Positions 27,401 to 41,452 of a stretch of DNA of 64,000 bases are shown piece by piece (position 1 is the stretch's first letter; each line of letters begins with the position of its first letter). The translations under genes were made by a program, and so were the position numbers. Under the pieces are notes generated by a model. The model ran no database searches. It saw nothing but the letters and a program-made list of their open reading frames with translations, and was not told the DNA's origin. Source of the stretch: Eledone cirrhosa. Taxonomy: Eukaryota. The stretch is from assembly GCA_964016885.1 (NCBI GenBank), contig OZ024741.1, positions 404,364,001 to 404,428,000 on the forward strand, given 5' to 3'.

Positions 27401-27849
27401 TTGTGTATGCATTCTAGGAATGTGTGTGTATTTGTGTGTGTGTGTGTGTGTATCATTGTTTGCTGCTACTCTCAGAAGCTTCTGTGTTTAATAAATGCTT
27501 GTATGTTTCTGTATAAGAATGTGTCTGTGTAAGTATGTCTGTGTAAGTATGTGTGTCTGTGTAAGTAGGTATGTCTGTATCTTTGTGTCTGTGTAAGTAT
27601 GTCTGTGTAGGTAGGTGTGTCTGTATCTTTGTGTTTGTGTAAGTATGTCTGTGTAAGTGTGTGTCTGTGTATGTGTGTCTGTGTAAGTAGGTGTCTGTAT
27701 ATGTGTGCCTGTGTATGTGTGTCTCTGTATGTGCGTATGTGTGTGTGTATGTGTGTTCTACTCTTCCACCATTCGTCACAAGGTAGATACTATTCTATTC
27801 CTGTGTACCTTTCATGGAAGTTTATGTCTGTGTGAGACCCATGTAGATT

Positions 27850-28320
27850 TATTGTTACACCTCTCTATATTCTCATCTGTTCCTTGATTGAGAGCTTCTT
27901 GGTATTCCATTCATAGATTCTTTTGAAGGTTGTTTTACTTTCTGTTATATACGTGGGTTCGAGAAGTTGTTGGTATTCCATTCATAGATTCTATTGAGGG
28001 TTGTTTTACTTTCTGTTATATACGTGGGTTCGTTAGATTGTCTGAGCATTGAATCTGTTCCCTATGTAAATATAATTTTCCTCTTAACGATTTCTACTGA
28101 ATCGCTTTGCCTAGTTTTGTATGTTCGTAGAGTACTGACGAGTTCTCCCCAGTGCTCCTTCACCCTGTCTCCTATATTACGAGTTGTTTCATCTATATAG
28201 GTTCAGGTCCTATTTCTACATTGTCCCTCTGTGCTTTTTATCCTCTTCGCTCTATTTCTAGCTCTACAGTTCAGCTCTGGGATTACCTTGCAGATTTTAC
28301 AATATCTATTATCACTGGCG
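27850..28320 (-). pseudogene. decayed GIY-YIG endonuclease remnant of a Penelope-like element
   Basis: Minus strand RYCKICKVIPELNCRARN...C...*TYIDETTRNIGDRVKEHW fits the CxxC...YIGETxRxxxxRxxEH pattern. Confidence 0.55.
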
Positions 28321-28541
28321 ACTTTTATTAAATGTGTAAGCTCTTATTATCAAGGTTTTTATGGTAATATATACATAAACATGTATGGGAATACGTATTT
28401 ACATATACACACACATACACACACATATGTATATATACATATATATATATGATATATATATATATATATATATATATGGATGTATACACACACACATATA
28501 TATATATTTGTATATTTCACGCACACGCACACACACTTGCA

Positions 28542-28610
<69 letters not shown>

Positions 28611-28677
28611 ATACACACGATTTCATATAAAAAAACCTCGCAAAACTATATATATATATATATATAGTTTTGCGAGG

Positions 28678-28757
<80 letters not shown>

Positions 28758-28759
<2 letters not shown>

Positions 28760-28945
28760 CAAAAAAATTGTGGTAAGGAACCAGATGGACCATAACGCAC
28801 CAGAGTACTCAATTCTTAGGGTATAGAGTGGGAAACAGGAAAAAGTATGACCCCGACGGCAGAGCTCAAGCCGTTTCGACGGCTATTTCTGGACAAGAAA
28901 TAGCCGTTGAAACGGCTTGAGCTCTGCCGTCGGGGTCATGCTTTT

Positions 28946-28949
<4 letters not shown>
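28758..28949 (-). mobile_element. fold-back hammerhead-half element, family D, in (TA)n
   Basis: Inverted copy of 24297-24492 with arms at 28838-28890 and 28896-28948. Confidence 0.75.
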
Positions 28950-29017
<68 letters not shown>

Positions 29018-29702
29018 GAGAGAGAGAGTGAAAGAGTGATATAGATAGAATGAAAGTGACGTGTGTTGGCAAGCACATAGTTGAAGTGTGTTATTGTTGA
29101 TGTTGCTGAAATAGTTGGTAGTGATGTATTGAAAAGTGGTGCAGCGCTGTTTGAGATAATGCGCAGTGATGTTCATGTGACCAGCTCAGTTATAACACTG
29201 AATATACTGCTACGATGGTATCGGGGAAGAGGCTACACTTACTAAACACATACATACATACACACACACACATACATACACACACACAGAGACGCGCACA
29301 GACACATACACACATACTCACACACACATACACACACACACAGACACACGCGCACAGACACATACACACATACACACACACACACATACATACACACACA
29401 CAGACACACACACACTCAGATACACACACGCACATATATATATATATATGTAAGTATATGAATATATATATATACATATATAGATATATACATACATACG
29501 CACATACATACATGTATACATATATACGTAAATACATTCATATATGCACATATACGTACACATATCGTACATACATATATACAAACACACACACACACAT
29601 ATATATACATATATATATATACTCATATCGTACATACATATATACATGCACACATATATACATACATATATAGAAATATATATACACATATCCTACATAC
29701 AT

Positions 29703-29786
<84 letters not shown>

Positions 29787-29940
29787 ATTTATATCTATAT
29801 ATATCTATATATGTGTGTATGTATATGTCTATATATGTATGTATATATAAATATATATATATATATACACACATACATACTTACGTAAATATATACATGC
29901 CTATATATATAAATATATACATACAAACAAACTTACATAC

Positions 29941-29971
<31 letters not shown>

Positions 29972-30261
29972 CATACATACATACATACATACATACATAC
30001 ACACGTACATTATATCCACATACATACATATATATATAAATACATATATACATACATAAATAAGGAAATATATACATTAAAATTATAAGTAATGTATAAA
30101 TAAAATATTAATATTGCATGCATGTGTGATGTCTGTGGTGCTAACACACCGTCTCCTTCTCTTCAGTAACCTTTCAATTAGGTTTTATCGATTCTTCTTT
30201 ATGTTTTGGCTTTAAAGACAAGGTGAAATGTTGGCATGAGAAGTGGGGACAGGGTGTTAAT

Positions 30262-30565
30262 TCAGGAGTACTTTAAGTTATCAACCCCCCAGAGACAATT
30301 GAGGAGTACTTTAAGTTATCAACTCCCCCAGGGTCATTTGAGAAGTACTTTAAGTTATCAACTCCCCCAGGGTCATTTGAGGAGTACTTTAAGTTATCAC
30401 CCCACCCCCCATGGTCGATTCAGGAGTACATTAAACTATCAACCCCCAGGGCCGGTTAAGGAGTACTTTAAGTTATCAACCCCCCAGGGTCTATTGAGGA
30501 GGTTCTTTAAGTTATCAACCTCCCAGGGTCAACTGAGGAGTACTTTAAGTTATCACCCCCCACCC
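30262..30565. repeat. ~39-bp minisatellite (about 8 copies)
   Basis: GGAGTACTTTAAGTTATCAACCCCCCAGGG unit repeated. Confidence 0.85.
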
Positions 30566-30686
30566 CCAAACAAAAACCGGAAAGATGAAAGCTAAAGAGG
30601 TTTGATTTCAGAATATAAACGGGGGACTGTTCTATATAAGGGTCTCTACCATTTGTTGCCATTTCACCATCTCTATATTATTATCG

Positions 30687-31460
30687 GAGTTCAAATCCCG
30701 CTGAGGTTAACTTTACTTTTCATCCTTACGGGGTCGATAAAATAAAGTACCAGTAATGTACTGACTGGTATAATTGCTGGCTTTGTGCCAAAAGTTGAAA
30801 CAATTATTATCATTATTGGATTGGCAGTGTCGGTAGAGCGTCGGTAACATGCTTTCTAACATAGAGTTGCGGCCCTTTACGCTCTGAGTTCAAATCCCGG
30901 CGAGTTTATAGCTTTCCCTTTCATCCTTACGGAGTCAATAAAATAAAGTACCAGTAACGCACTAGGGTCGATTTAATCGACTTTTCCCACCACTTCAGAT
31001 TGCTGGCCTTGTGTCTAAAGTAGAAACAATTATTGTTATTGTGGTTGTGGATTGGCAGAATCGGTAGAGCATCGGAAAACATGATTTGCAGCATAGTGTT
31101 ACGTCCCATTACGTTCTGAATCCGAATTCAGCTGAGGTCAGCTTTGTCTTTCATCCTTACAGGGTTGATAAATAATGCACCCGCAATGAACGGGTCGATT
31201 TAATCGATTTTCCCTTCTCCCAAAACTGTTGGCAGTCTAAATCAGAAACCATTATTTAATATATAGAGGCGGTGGATTAGGCAGTATCGGTAGAGAGTCG
31301 GACACCATGCTTCGTAAAATAGAGTTACGGCTTTTTACGTTCTGAGTTCAAATCCCGGCGAGGGTGACTTTGCCTTACATCCTTACGGGATCGATAAAAT
31401 AAAGTACCAGTAATGCACTGGATAATTGGTGGCCTTGTGCCAAAAGTAGAAACAATTATT
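30687..31460 (+). mobile_element. four head-to-tail SINE family 1 copies
   Basis: Units at about 30687 (partial), 30817, 31048 and 31268. Confidence 0.85.
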
Positions 31461-31740
31461 TAATATAGAACTAACTTATACAGGTCTAGACTAGGAGAAT
31501 ATCTGGGAGTTATACCTCTGTGAGTGGAGGGAACTTTAATAGAATTACAGGGTTAGGAAATATATTCCATGTGTTACGCCATCACATCAATGGGGCATCG
31601 GGTGTATCAGTCCCGTTTCTTCAGTTCGCTTTCTTTCTCAAGAGATTTGGTATTTCTTTCATTTTCTACATCCGTTTAATATATATATATATAATAAAAT
31701 AACAGGAGGCTCGACTGGTGTAATTCCTTTAAGGTTCATT

Positions 31741-31798
31741 ATACTATGCACATTTCAATGACCGGGTTCAGTATGAATCAGGTGACATCATCAGGTAT
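31741..31798 (-). ncRNA. hammerhead ribozyme motif in a (TA)n-flanked insert (31693-31912)
   Basis: Minus strand ATAC-CTGATGA-TGTCACC...GGTCATT-GAAAT-GTGC-ATA-GTAT. Confidence 0.65.
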
Positions 31799-31909
31799 TC
31801 CGACATTTAACAAAGGAATTTAATAGACACAATCCAAGGCGCTGAAAAGCGGAGAGAGATGCCCAAGAGGGGTAGGCGGCCAAAAATTAGCAGTTGCTAG
31901 TCCTGGTGG

Positions 31910-31980
<71 letters not shown>

Positions 31981-32114
31981 AGTTTATCTCGGGTTCAATC
32001 AGGGGTAACCGCAGTAAGTAAGGTACTTAATGCAAAGCAGAGTATAAATATATAATTTAGAAACATTCGGGAGAAATCATCAGGAAGCCTGATGATTTCT
32101 CCCGAATGAAACAG

Positions 32115-32158
<44 letters not shown>

Positions 32159-32325
32159 GTGAGGTTTTTTTTACAAATTGAAAAATAACCGAGGTGTCCT
32201 ACACGAGTGAAAGTATAAAGAAAAAGAGATGAAATCGGAAATACAACTGGAGTCTTATTTAAAAATATATATATATATTTTTTTTAAATAAGACTCCAGT
32301 TGCATTTTCGATTTCATCTCTTTTT

Positions 32326-32381
<56 letters not shown>

Positions 32382-33399
32382 GTGTGTGTGTGTGTGTCTG
32401 TGTGTGTGTGTATACATTCGGTATACAAAGATGCAATTCACATCTAGCACTCGACGTCATATTACTTCTTAAAAACAAGGATAACGGATTATATTTATAA
32501 AGAGGAAAACGCGAAGTTGAAGATATTAGGGTCCTTTATTAATTGAGCCGTTATACATATTTCCAAGGTGATATCGTCAGTTCTTCATACACCAAAAATT
32601 GATTAAAAGGTAAAAAGGGTACGTTATTGCTTTTGGTACCGCTCCCTTCTAACTTTTAGAACAAACTGAATGTCCTGCGTAGTCGCTGGGGTGTGGGTGG
32701 TTGACCACTCAACTACCACCTAGAATACTCCCAACCTCATATGTTCTCTCTAGTACCAATCTCGCACCTCCTCGGCCGACAACTCTATACGGTCAGTGGG
32801 AGTTTAAACCTGCAGATTTTTTTTACTGCTCGCTTTGGTGACCCGCAAAATTTCAGTGCATTCGTACCCACTACCCGTTGTGGTGAGATAATATACAGAC
32901 CATCAACCCCAAAGGGAGAAAGTTACCTACTGCTATGGTTAATATAACTTATCATAGAAAATATTTAAGGTTTCACAACCCGAAAATCTATCGGTAGAGA
33001 GTCGGACGCCATGCTTTGCAGCAAAGAGTTACGGCCCTTGCCATTCTGAGTTCAAATCCCGCCGAGGTTAACTTTGCCTTTCATCCTTGCGGGGTCGATA
33101 AAACAAAGTACCAGTAATTCACTGAGATAATTGCTGGCCTTGTGCCAGAAATAGAAACAATTATTAGTTTATCACGTTGCTTAGTACAACACCAATATAA
33201 CCACTGGAAACCACGCACCCAGTGTTCCCTCTGGTGAACCTACAGTAACAAGACGTTACAATATATATACATATAAATATACAATATATATACATATATA
33301 TATACATATATATACATATACAATATATATACATATATATATATATAAATATATATATATATATGTATATATATATACACACACATAGACACACACACG

Positions 33400-33455
<56 letters not shown>

Positions 33456-33456
<1 letters not shown>

Positions 33457-33882
33457 GATATTAACAAATTGAAAGTATATTTATAAAACCATATTTATTT
33501 CATTATACATATTTCAAGGACACCAAGTTAAATTATGGTGTGCTTTCATCAGACAAAATATAATATAGATCAGTTTTATAAATATATTGACATACCTTAA
33601 AAAATGCAACCATTACTGCTGAAAGCTCCCGGATAGCTTCCAACAGTAATGGTTGCATTTTTTAAGGGTATGTCAATATTTATTTATAAAACTGATCTAT
33701 ATTATATTTTGTCTGATGAAAGCACACCATAATTTAACTTGGTGTCCTTGAAATATGTATAATGAAATAAATATGGTTTTATAAATATACTTTCTATTTG
33801 TTAATATCGTATTTTTACTCCAAATATTTGTTGAATGCTTTATATATTTGCTTGTTGTATCCCAACAATTTAAATAGAACTT
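33456..33882. mobile_element. fold-back element with two inverted hammerhead ribozymes (33498-33558 minus; 33707-33767 plus)
   Basis: ~170-bp near-perfect arms. TTTTGT-CTGATGA-AAGCACACCA...TGGTGTCCTT-GAAAT-ATGT-ATA-ATGAAA. The tail begins TTTTTACTCC. Confidence 0.85.
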
Positions 33883-33892
33883 TTACACACAA

Positions 33893-33966
<74 letters not shown>

Positions 33967-33970
<4 letters not shown>

Positions 33971-36900
33971 GCATTACAAATGAAATCGCTAAAATATACA
34001 AAAACACGGGAAAACCTAGCACACATAAACAAACAGGCGAAAACATTAATGACGGAACTGAACATTGATGACAGGACTTATCCCTACAACCCTAGGACAC
34101 AGACTATCTATTAAAGACCATAAACCGGACTTTCAGTCAAAACTACCGGTCAGACTCATAGCCCCCTCTAAATTGGACCTAGGTAGAATTAGCAAATCTA
34201 TCATCGACCTGGTTATACCTGAACTTAGAAATAGAACTAAACTCAGCCTCTGGTCTTGTACAAAGGAGGTAATCGTCTGGTTTTGTGGCATTGAAACTAA
34301 GTCGAATGTTCGATTAGTCCAATTGGACATTACGAACTACTACTCCACTATATCCCCAATCATCCTTAACAAGGCACTGATCTCAGCTATGAACAGATCA
34401 AGCCTCACTAGAAAGGAAGTGGACATCATACTAGTAGCTAGGAAAACTTTACTAGAATTTGACGGTAGATTGTGGGAGCGACAGAATAGACCAGATAGCT
34501 TCGACATTACTATGGGATCGACTGACTCCGCGCAGGTTACAGATATAGTAGGCATATACCTCCTAAATATATTAACAGATGAGATTCCCTCCTTGGGCGG
34601 TGGCTTATACCGTGACGATGGCCTACTAATGACCCGTGGACTCAATAATAGCCAATTAGATAGACTACACAAACGACTTAGGTACATCTTTAAGACCCCA
34701 GGATTAGCGGTAGAAATCGAACCTAACAGTAAGACAGTAAACTTTTTAGATGTCACCCTAGAATTAGACTCAGGTCTATACCGTCCATACCACAAACCTA
34801 ATGAAAAATCATAAATACGTCAACAGATACTCCAACCACACTAGAAGCATAATTAACTCAATAGTTTAAAGCGTTTCCTGTCGGCTAACAGAACTATTTT
34901 CAACCAGCACGCGGAATACTACAACTCCGCACTTGAAAAGGCTGGTAGCATTGAGAAGATCTCTTACAACGACCCAAATAGAACCGTAACGCCGCCAAAC
35001 ATAACCGGACCCTTAGAAACGAACATAGAAGTGGTCACCACACCTAGAACAAATAATAGCATAAGACGCTCTTTAGCCAGCAGGGCAGGCAGCGTTGCAC
35101 ACAACTGTTAAGGAGATAAAGCTATACACTCCAACCCAATAAGGACTCCGACTATCGCACACGTTTACGTAGTAATAGAGACAAGAGACATAACGCCAAT
35201 AGATTACTAGGAACCCTTATGACACATACACCTGACTAAAACGCACCAACACCCACCACCTAACCACAAAACCTCACTAAACACCGTAGAACCCGAAGTA
35301 GACCTGTCACATGGTACAACGCCCCGTATTCTATACACGTTGCCACCAATATACCGGGAACCTTCTTCAGGGCTCTTGAACAATCTTTTCCACACACACA
35401 TAAATACCACAAGCTCTTCAATAGACACACTGTAAAATTCTCTTTGTCCACAGCACCAAATCTAGGCCACACAATAGCACACACTAATAGGACAAAAATA
35501 TGCAAACACATGGTTGCCCCACAACAAACCACTACCACAACCCAGAACGAAACCACATACACAACACAACAAAACAACCCACATGCCAGCTCCACACAGC
35601 ATAACACCAACCGGCAACGTGCCACCACACCGGTAATACCCAATTACAACTGCAAAATACAGGCTGAATGCCCACTAAACGGGGAGTGCCTCGTTAAAAC
35701 CATTGTTTACCGGTGTGATGTCACAACTGGCAACAAAGAGTACTCATATATAAGTGCGCCCCCACTACGTTTAAGGAGCGCTGGTATAACCATAGATGCT
35801 CCTTTAAGCATAGGCTGAAACGATCCCAAACTAGACTGGCAGATTTGATCTGGGACCTCAAGGACAGGAACATCGAATCCCAGATCACTTGGTCAGTCAA
35901 AAGACGCGTGACGCAACTCCCCAGTGACAGAAACCACTTCAGGTTATGCCTGGCCGAGGCGGCAGATATTATTAAATTAAAATCTGCCATAAACTATAGG
36001 TCGGACATAATTATCAACTGCAGACACACCAGGTTGAACACATTTTCTGCACAAACATTCGGCGGAGAGCCGCACACTAAACATGACCCAGCATAATAAT
36101 AACCACCCTTACCCCGTCCACTATCCCTCATCTCAGTGAATTTATTTTATTGCATGTAACCCTTTGTAAGCCCATATTTTGTATACATCACCTCCACCAA
36201 TAGTCACATCGCCATACACCCCTCATCTTTGTAACACTGTGTTCTATCTGTCCCCTCTGTCAGGTTTTACCTTGTAATCCATAGTAACATGTGATCCTGC
36301 AAATATAATGTCGATCATACCTCCCCATCGCCACCACCACCACCACCACCGCCTACATCGCTATATGTCTACCATCCCACACCCGCAACCTTATTCCCCC
36401 ATGTTCCCTCTATCTGCCTACAACCCCTCGTAAAATTCGATCCTGGAAATATACTGTCGCACGCACCATCACCGCCACCACTAGATACATCTCCATACTT
36501 CATCAATCATTAACATCATTAACATCACCAACACATATCATCCCTCACTCCCAGAACGACTGTGTTATATCTGCCCTCTCCGTCTGCTTTACCCTGTAGC
36601 CCACCGTAACATCTGATCATGTAATCATATTGTTGAACATATCAACCCATCACCACCACCACCATGACCACACACATCGCTATACGTCCACAAACATTTT
36701 CCCTCGTGTTCTCTATGTCACTTTTTAACCTGTAACCCATGGTATTATTCGATCCTGTATATTTTTTGTCGCCCACAACTCCACTCCGCCACCACAAGGC
36801 ACAACACCACACCTCAACAATCATTAACATCATTAACATTGCCAACACATACCTTCCCTCCCGTAGCAACGCAAGTGTGTGTGTCTGTGTGTAAGTATAT

Positions 36901-37615
36901 TTATATGTACAACGCTATCTCCATTAGCTCTCCCCCTCCCTCAATCTATGTACTACTCCACCCCCACTGACACTCCCCCCTCTCTCTATATATACACACG
37001 CGCGCATGCATGTATGTGTATATATGTATATAAGTGTATGTATGTGTGGTTGTATGTGTGTGTATGTATGCGTGTGTATATATGTGTGTAAGTGTATATA
37101 TGTCAGTATATATACGCATGTGTATGTATACAACGTTTTTGTCAGACTAAGATTGTCTAGATATGTGTCTCCCCATTGATCTGGCACCACCAATACATCC
37201 ACCACACCACCATAAATGCCATTACGATAAACAACACCACACCCACACCACATCAAACACAATAATCAGCCACAAATATACGCCAATCTGTCTACCGACA
37301 ATCCACCACCCCCACACCACAGCCCATCCCAGTCAGCGACCGTCACCAACATCTTATCATCACATCCACCCCACATACCCATGATCTACTCTACCAATCA
37401 AAACAATTCATATTGACCAACATATGAACTTCTGACTTTATCATATAGCATGTATTCATTTTCTACTAGCATTTTAAAGGGTCCGTCGAGCTGCCGATTA
37501 TAGAGTCGGGTAAGATCGATACAGATCGAACATTGAGCTGATCAGTGGCGAAACGCGCGTCACCTACCAATAACTGTAATGAAGGAGTAACCAATCGTCC
37601 TTGTTATCCTTTCAA

Positions 37616-37618
<3 letters not shown>
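33967..37618 (+). mobile_element. 5'-truncated, decayed Penelope-like retroelement (Naiad-like), inserted in (TA)n
   Basis: RT: IKDHKPDF...PVRLIAP, LDITNYY, ITMGS, GGLYRDDGL, VNFLDVTL, YHKPN. Cys cluster NCKIQAECPLNGEC, then IVYRC...YI GIY-YIG with IWDLK. The 3' end has GAAAC-GCGC-GTC (37550-37561). Multiple stops and frameshifts. Confidence 0.9.
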
Positions 37619-37671
<53 letters not shown>

Positions 37672-37673
<2 letters not shown>

Positions 37674-39892
37674 GAAAATAAAACAAAGAAGCCTTCAATA
37701 CATCAAAAGTCTTTATTAGCCAACAATGTTTCGTCCTACTAAGGACTCATCAGGGCAATCAAAACCACAAAAAGTACTATCGGCCAATACAAGCCGAAAA
37801 CTCCGAAGAATATGGAGTGTACATACACTAAAGTATTGGAAGATTATGGGTAAAAATATATAATAAAAATCACTAAGGAGGTGTATAACATTTTGAACCA
37901 TATTACAAATATAGTCCAAAGCAAAAAAAACCTAGAGCTAAACAAAGGTGGTTATATAGAGCGGGAACTATATATAATACAATATAATATAATATAATAT
38001 ACTTGTAACAATATTAAAATTAAAATAAAAATTAAAATAAAAATTAAAATAAAAATAAAAATAAAAATTAAAAGGCACAATATAAATACATATATGTGTA
38101 CGCACACGTACGCACACATACATATACGTCAATACATATATCCATCATTAACAGTACAAATTAAACCTTATTAAGAGTTAAAATATAAATAAGCATAGTA
38201 GGAATAAAAATAATAATAATACGTATATCTAATATACATGAAGTAATGAAATGATTAAAAGTAACACATATAATATATAATAAACTATATAATTATATAA
38301 TATATAATATAATATAATAGATAATCTCCGGTTAATTTACACAAACAATGTAGATGTCACAATAATAGTATAATAATAATATAATAATATATATAATATA
38401 TAATGGCATGTAAGTTAACAAATCAATTCATATAGAGTTACAGAGTAGGCGAGAAAAAAATATAAATTGTACAATACCCAAAATTATGATGGTACAAAAA
38501 TATAAACATCTTACATGATATATAAAATTTAACATATCATAATGTTACATAAAATCAACGGTAAGTAATAAGGATCAATAGTACAATAACAACTTCAATA
38601 TAAAATAATGAACATAATATAATATAATATATAATTACTTATAATTACAAGGTTGGTAAACAGACATATATGTGGATGAGTGAATAAGGGCCAGACAAAA
38701 AATACAATGCACAGTATTATTAATAAATAAATAAATAAATAAAATCAACCGGAAATTAAAAAACAAAAACAAAAGTATTTACTTAGGTCTCACATGCAGT
38801 TAAGTAAAAACTTAGGAAACATCCCAGATAAAAGACTCGAAAACCCTATTTGATAAATTAATATTGAAAATATTTAAAATACCCAATAAGGCAATACAAT
38901 ATTAGCTATGGTTTAAGTAATCAAAATTCATAAACATTAATATTTGACTAAAAATATATATATAAAGGAATGAAATATTCTACTATCATTTACATAACGA
39001 TATCTAAAAAACTGACTTAAGCAAAATTATGGTAGGCTAATAGGGACAGAAAGAAATGTATGAGGATACAAAGGAGCATAAAATCATAATTAATATACTG
39101 TATTATATAATAGAAAGGAGCATAAAAGAGGGGGGGGGGAATTAAATATAATCATAATATATTTGAAGGGGTTGACAATAAGTTTATGTGTGCATGGGAG
39201 GGAGGGGGGAAGGGGGGGTCTATCCAAAGAAGAATCCAAATAAAATAAAATAAAATGAAATGAAATAAAATAAAATAATATAAAATATATAATCAGATAT
39301 ATACTCATAAGGTGTTAATAGTGAAAATGTAATGTGTAAGAAGATAGATATGGTATAGTAGCCAAAAGATTATGAGAGCTAGAATAAAAAGTTGTCAAAA
39401 ACCAATGATAATAAAGATGATGATAATGGCAGTAAACAAAAAGAACCTAAACTAGAAAAATAAGTAATGGAATATATCAGCTAATGGATACAATTTATAC
39501 TACTAGAACATTTAGGTATATAATAAAAGTAAGAATTAGAAATAGCGTGGGGGCAAGAAGAGAATATCTCAGACTTTCTATTAAGTAAGGATTCACTAGA
39601 GAAAATTATAGAGTGTGTCTCGAGGATACAGAGATTTCAAAATTTAGTATGTGTAGAAAGGTTATTAGAGCGTGCTACTAAACGCCAATTAAGGCTATAT
39701 GGTATATTAGCCCCCTTAAGATCCCAGATATAGTGTGCTAAAGAAGTAGAATTCTTAAACTTAACATGTTTGAAATTAGAGATATGAGAATTCTTCGGCT
39801 CTGTTTAATTACATTGAGCTATACCTTTTACTGTCATTTCTATAATACGAAGAGGGTGTTTAACTCCAACACGCTCCAGTATTTTAATCCTT
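37672..39892 (-). mobile_element. heavily 5'-truncated Penelope-like element (GIY-YIG C-terminus, long AT-rich 3' UTR, hammerhead)
   Basis: 39792-39481 minus translates NSHISNFKHVKFKNSTSLAHYIWDLK...YSLNWRLV...KF*NLCILE...LLNRKSEIFSSCPH, homologous to the ends of the other two Penelope ORFs. (TA)n on both sides. Confidence 0.85.
37719..37756 (-). ncRNA. minimal type I hammerhead ribozyme at the 3' end of the Penelope-like element
   Basis: GCC-CTGATGA-GTCC-TTAGTA-GGAC-GAAAC-ATT-GTT-GGC; perfect core and stem II. Confidence 0.85.
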
Positions 39893-39917
39893 ATATATAT
39901 ATATATATATATATATA

Positions 39918-40251
39918 GTTGGGTATAATGGTAGCTATGGTGCTTCCATAGGCGGTATGCCAAAATTAGCACTCAATATTCATCAGAGTAGAGTGTAGAT
40001 AGTATAAAGAAAACGAAAAATCAGTGATTCATCTGGATTCAATTTATTGCGTGTTACAATTGTTTCGCCGGCAGGTAGCTCGAGACATGGTCCCTGTATG
40101 GATCTGGGTGATTCTACAGCTGCAGATTCCTTCAGACACGGGTAGTTCGTTCGGAGCAAATTTTGATATGTCTCGAGCTACCTGCCGGCGAAACAATTGT
40201 AACACACAATAAATTGAGTCCAGATGCATCACTTATTTTTAATTTTCTTTA

Positions 40252-40256
<5 letters not shown>
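39918..40256 (-). mobile_element. fold-back element with hammerhead motif (40050-40140 minus) and tail
   Basis: Arms 40002-40089 and 40168-40256. CGTGT-CTGAAGG-(long stem II)-GAAAC-AATT-GTA-ACACG. Confidence 0.75.
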
Positions 40257-40287
<31 letters not shown>

Positions 40288-40713
40288 CTCAGGAAGTGTG
40301 GTAAGGAACCAGGTGGACCATAACGCACTAGAGTACTCGATACTTTGGGTAGTTGAGTGGGTAATAGGAAAAGAGTCAGGACTCCGACGGCAGAACTCAA
40401 GCCGTTTCGACGGCTATTTCTGGACTCCAGAAATATTGAGTCCAGAAATAGCCGTCTTGGTAAAACGAAAGACAATACTTTAAGGGGAAACCTTAAAAAA
40501 ATGTTTTTAAAAAATTAAAAACAAAGACGAAAGACACAGAACTCTAGGGTCATCGGTCGTTGAGGTGGACTTTGACATTTTCGACCAACGGTAATGCTAG
40601 TACACCCAGGGTGAAATCATCTTACACAAACCGGACACTGGTCAATGGAGTAAGAGACGGGAGACAAAACATTCATTTATAGCAATTAAGCTACAAGTAC
40701 ATATAGATATTAT

Positions 40714-41098
40714 ATCTTCTTCTTCTTCTTCTTCTTCTTCTTCTTCTTCTTCTTCTTCTTCTTCTTCTTCTTCTTCTTCTTCTTCTTCTTCTTCTTCTTC
40801 TTCTTCTTCTTCTTCTTCTTCTTCTTCTTCTTCTTCTCGCCGTCGTCATTGTTGTCATTGTTATTGTTGTACGGTAGGAGTTAAAGTTCACCTTGGCAGG
40901 GTCTGAAATCAAAACGTAGAAAGTCATAGGAAAATACCGCAATAGGGATCGATTCGATCAACTCCATGAACTACACCTGCTTCCTGCGGAAATTGGCCGT
41001 CTGACTAGCAGCAACTAATCGATATATTATAGTAAGTTAAAGCAGTAGTAGCATTATATATAACAATAATAACAAAAACAGACAACTGCAACAAAATC

Positions 41099-41156
<58 letters not shown>

Positions 41157-41400
41157 GCAACAACAACAACAACAAGGACAACAACTGTAACAAAATCAAC
41201 AACAACTGCAGTAACAACAGCAACTACAACAACAACTGCAACAACCAGGCCAACAGTAGTAACCACTTCTCTTCACATCCGAAACTAAATACAGTTCAAC
41301 TGATCTACGAGAGAATTATTTATGTGGTTGGTCACTCTGCTAGAAATAGCAGTGAAGCCATAATGTTAAGCTTTTTTTAAATGAAGGACATCTCGGATAA

Positions 41401-41451
<51 letters not shown>
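40714..41451. repeat. (TCT)n, (CAA)n and (TAA)n microsatellites
   Basis: 40714-40836, 41060-41240 and 41398-41451. Confidence 0.95.
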
Positions 41452-41452
<1 letters not shown>

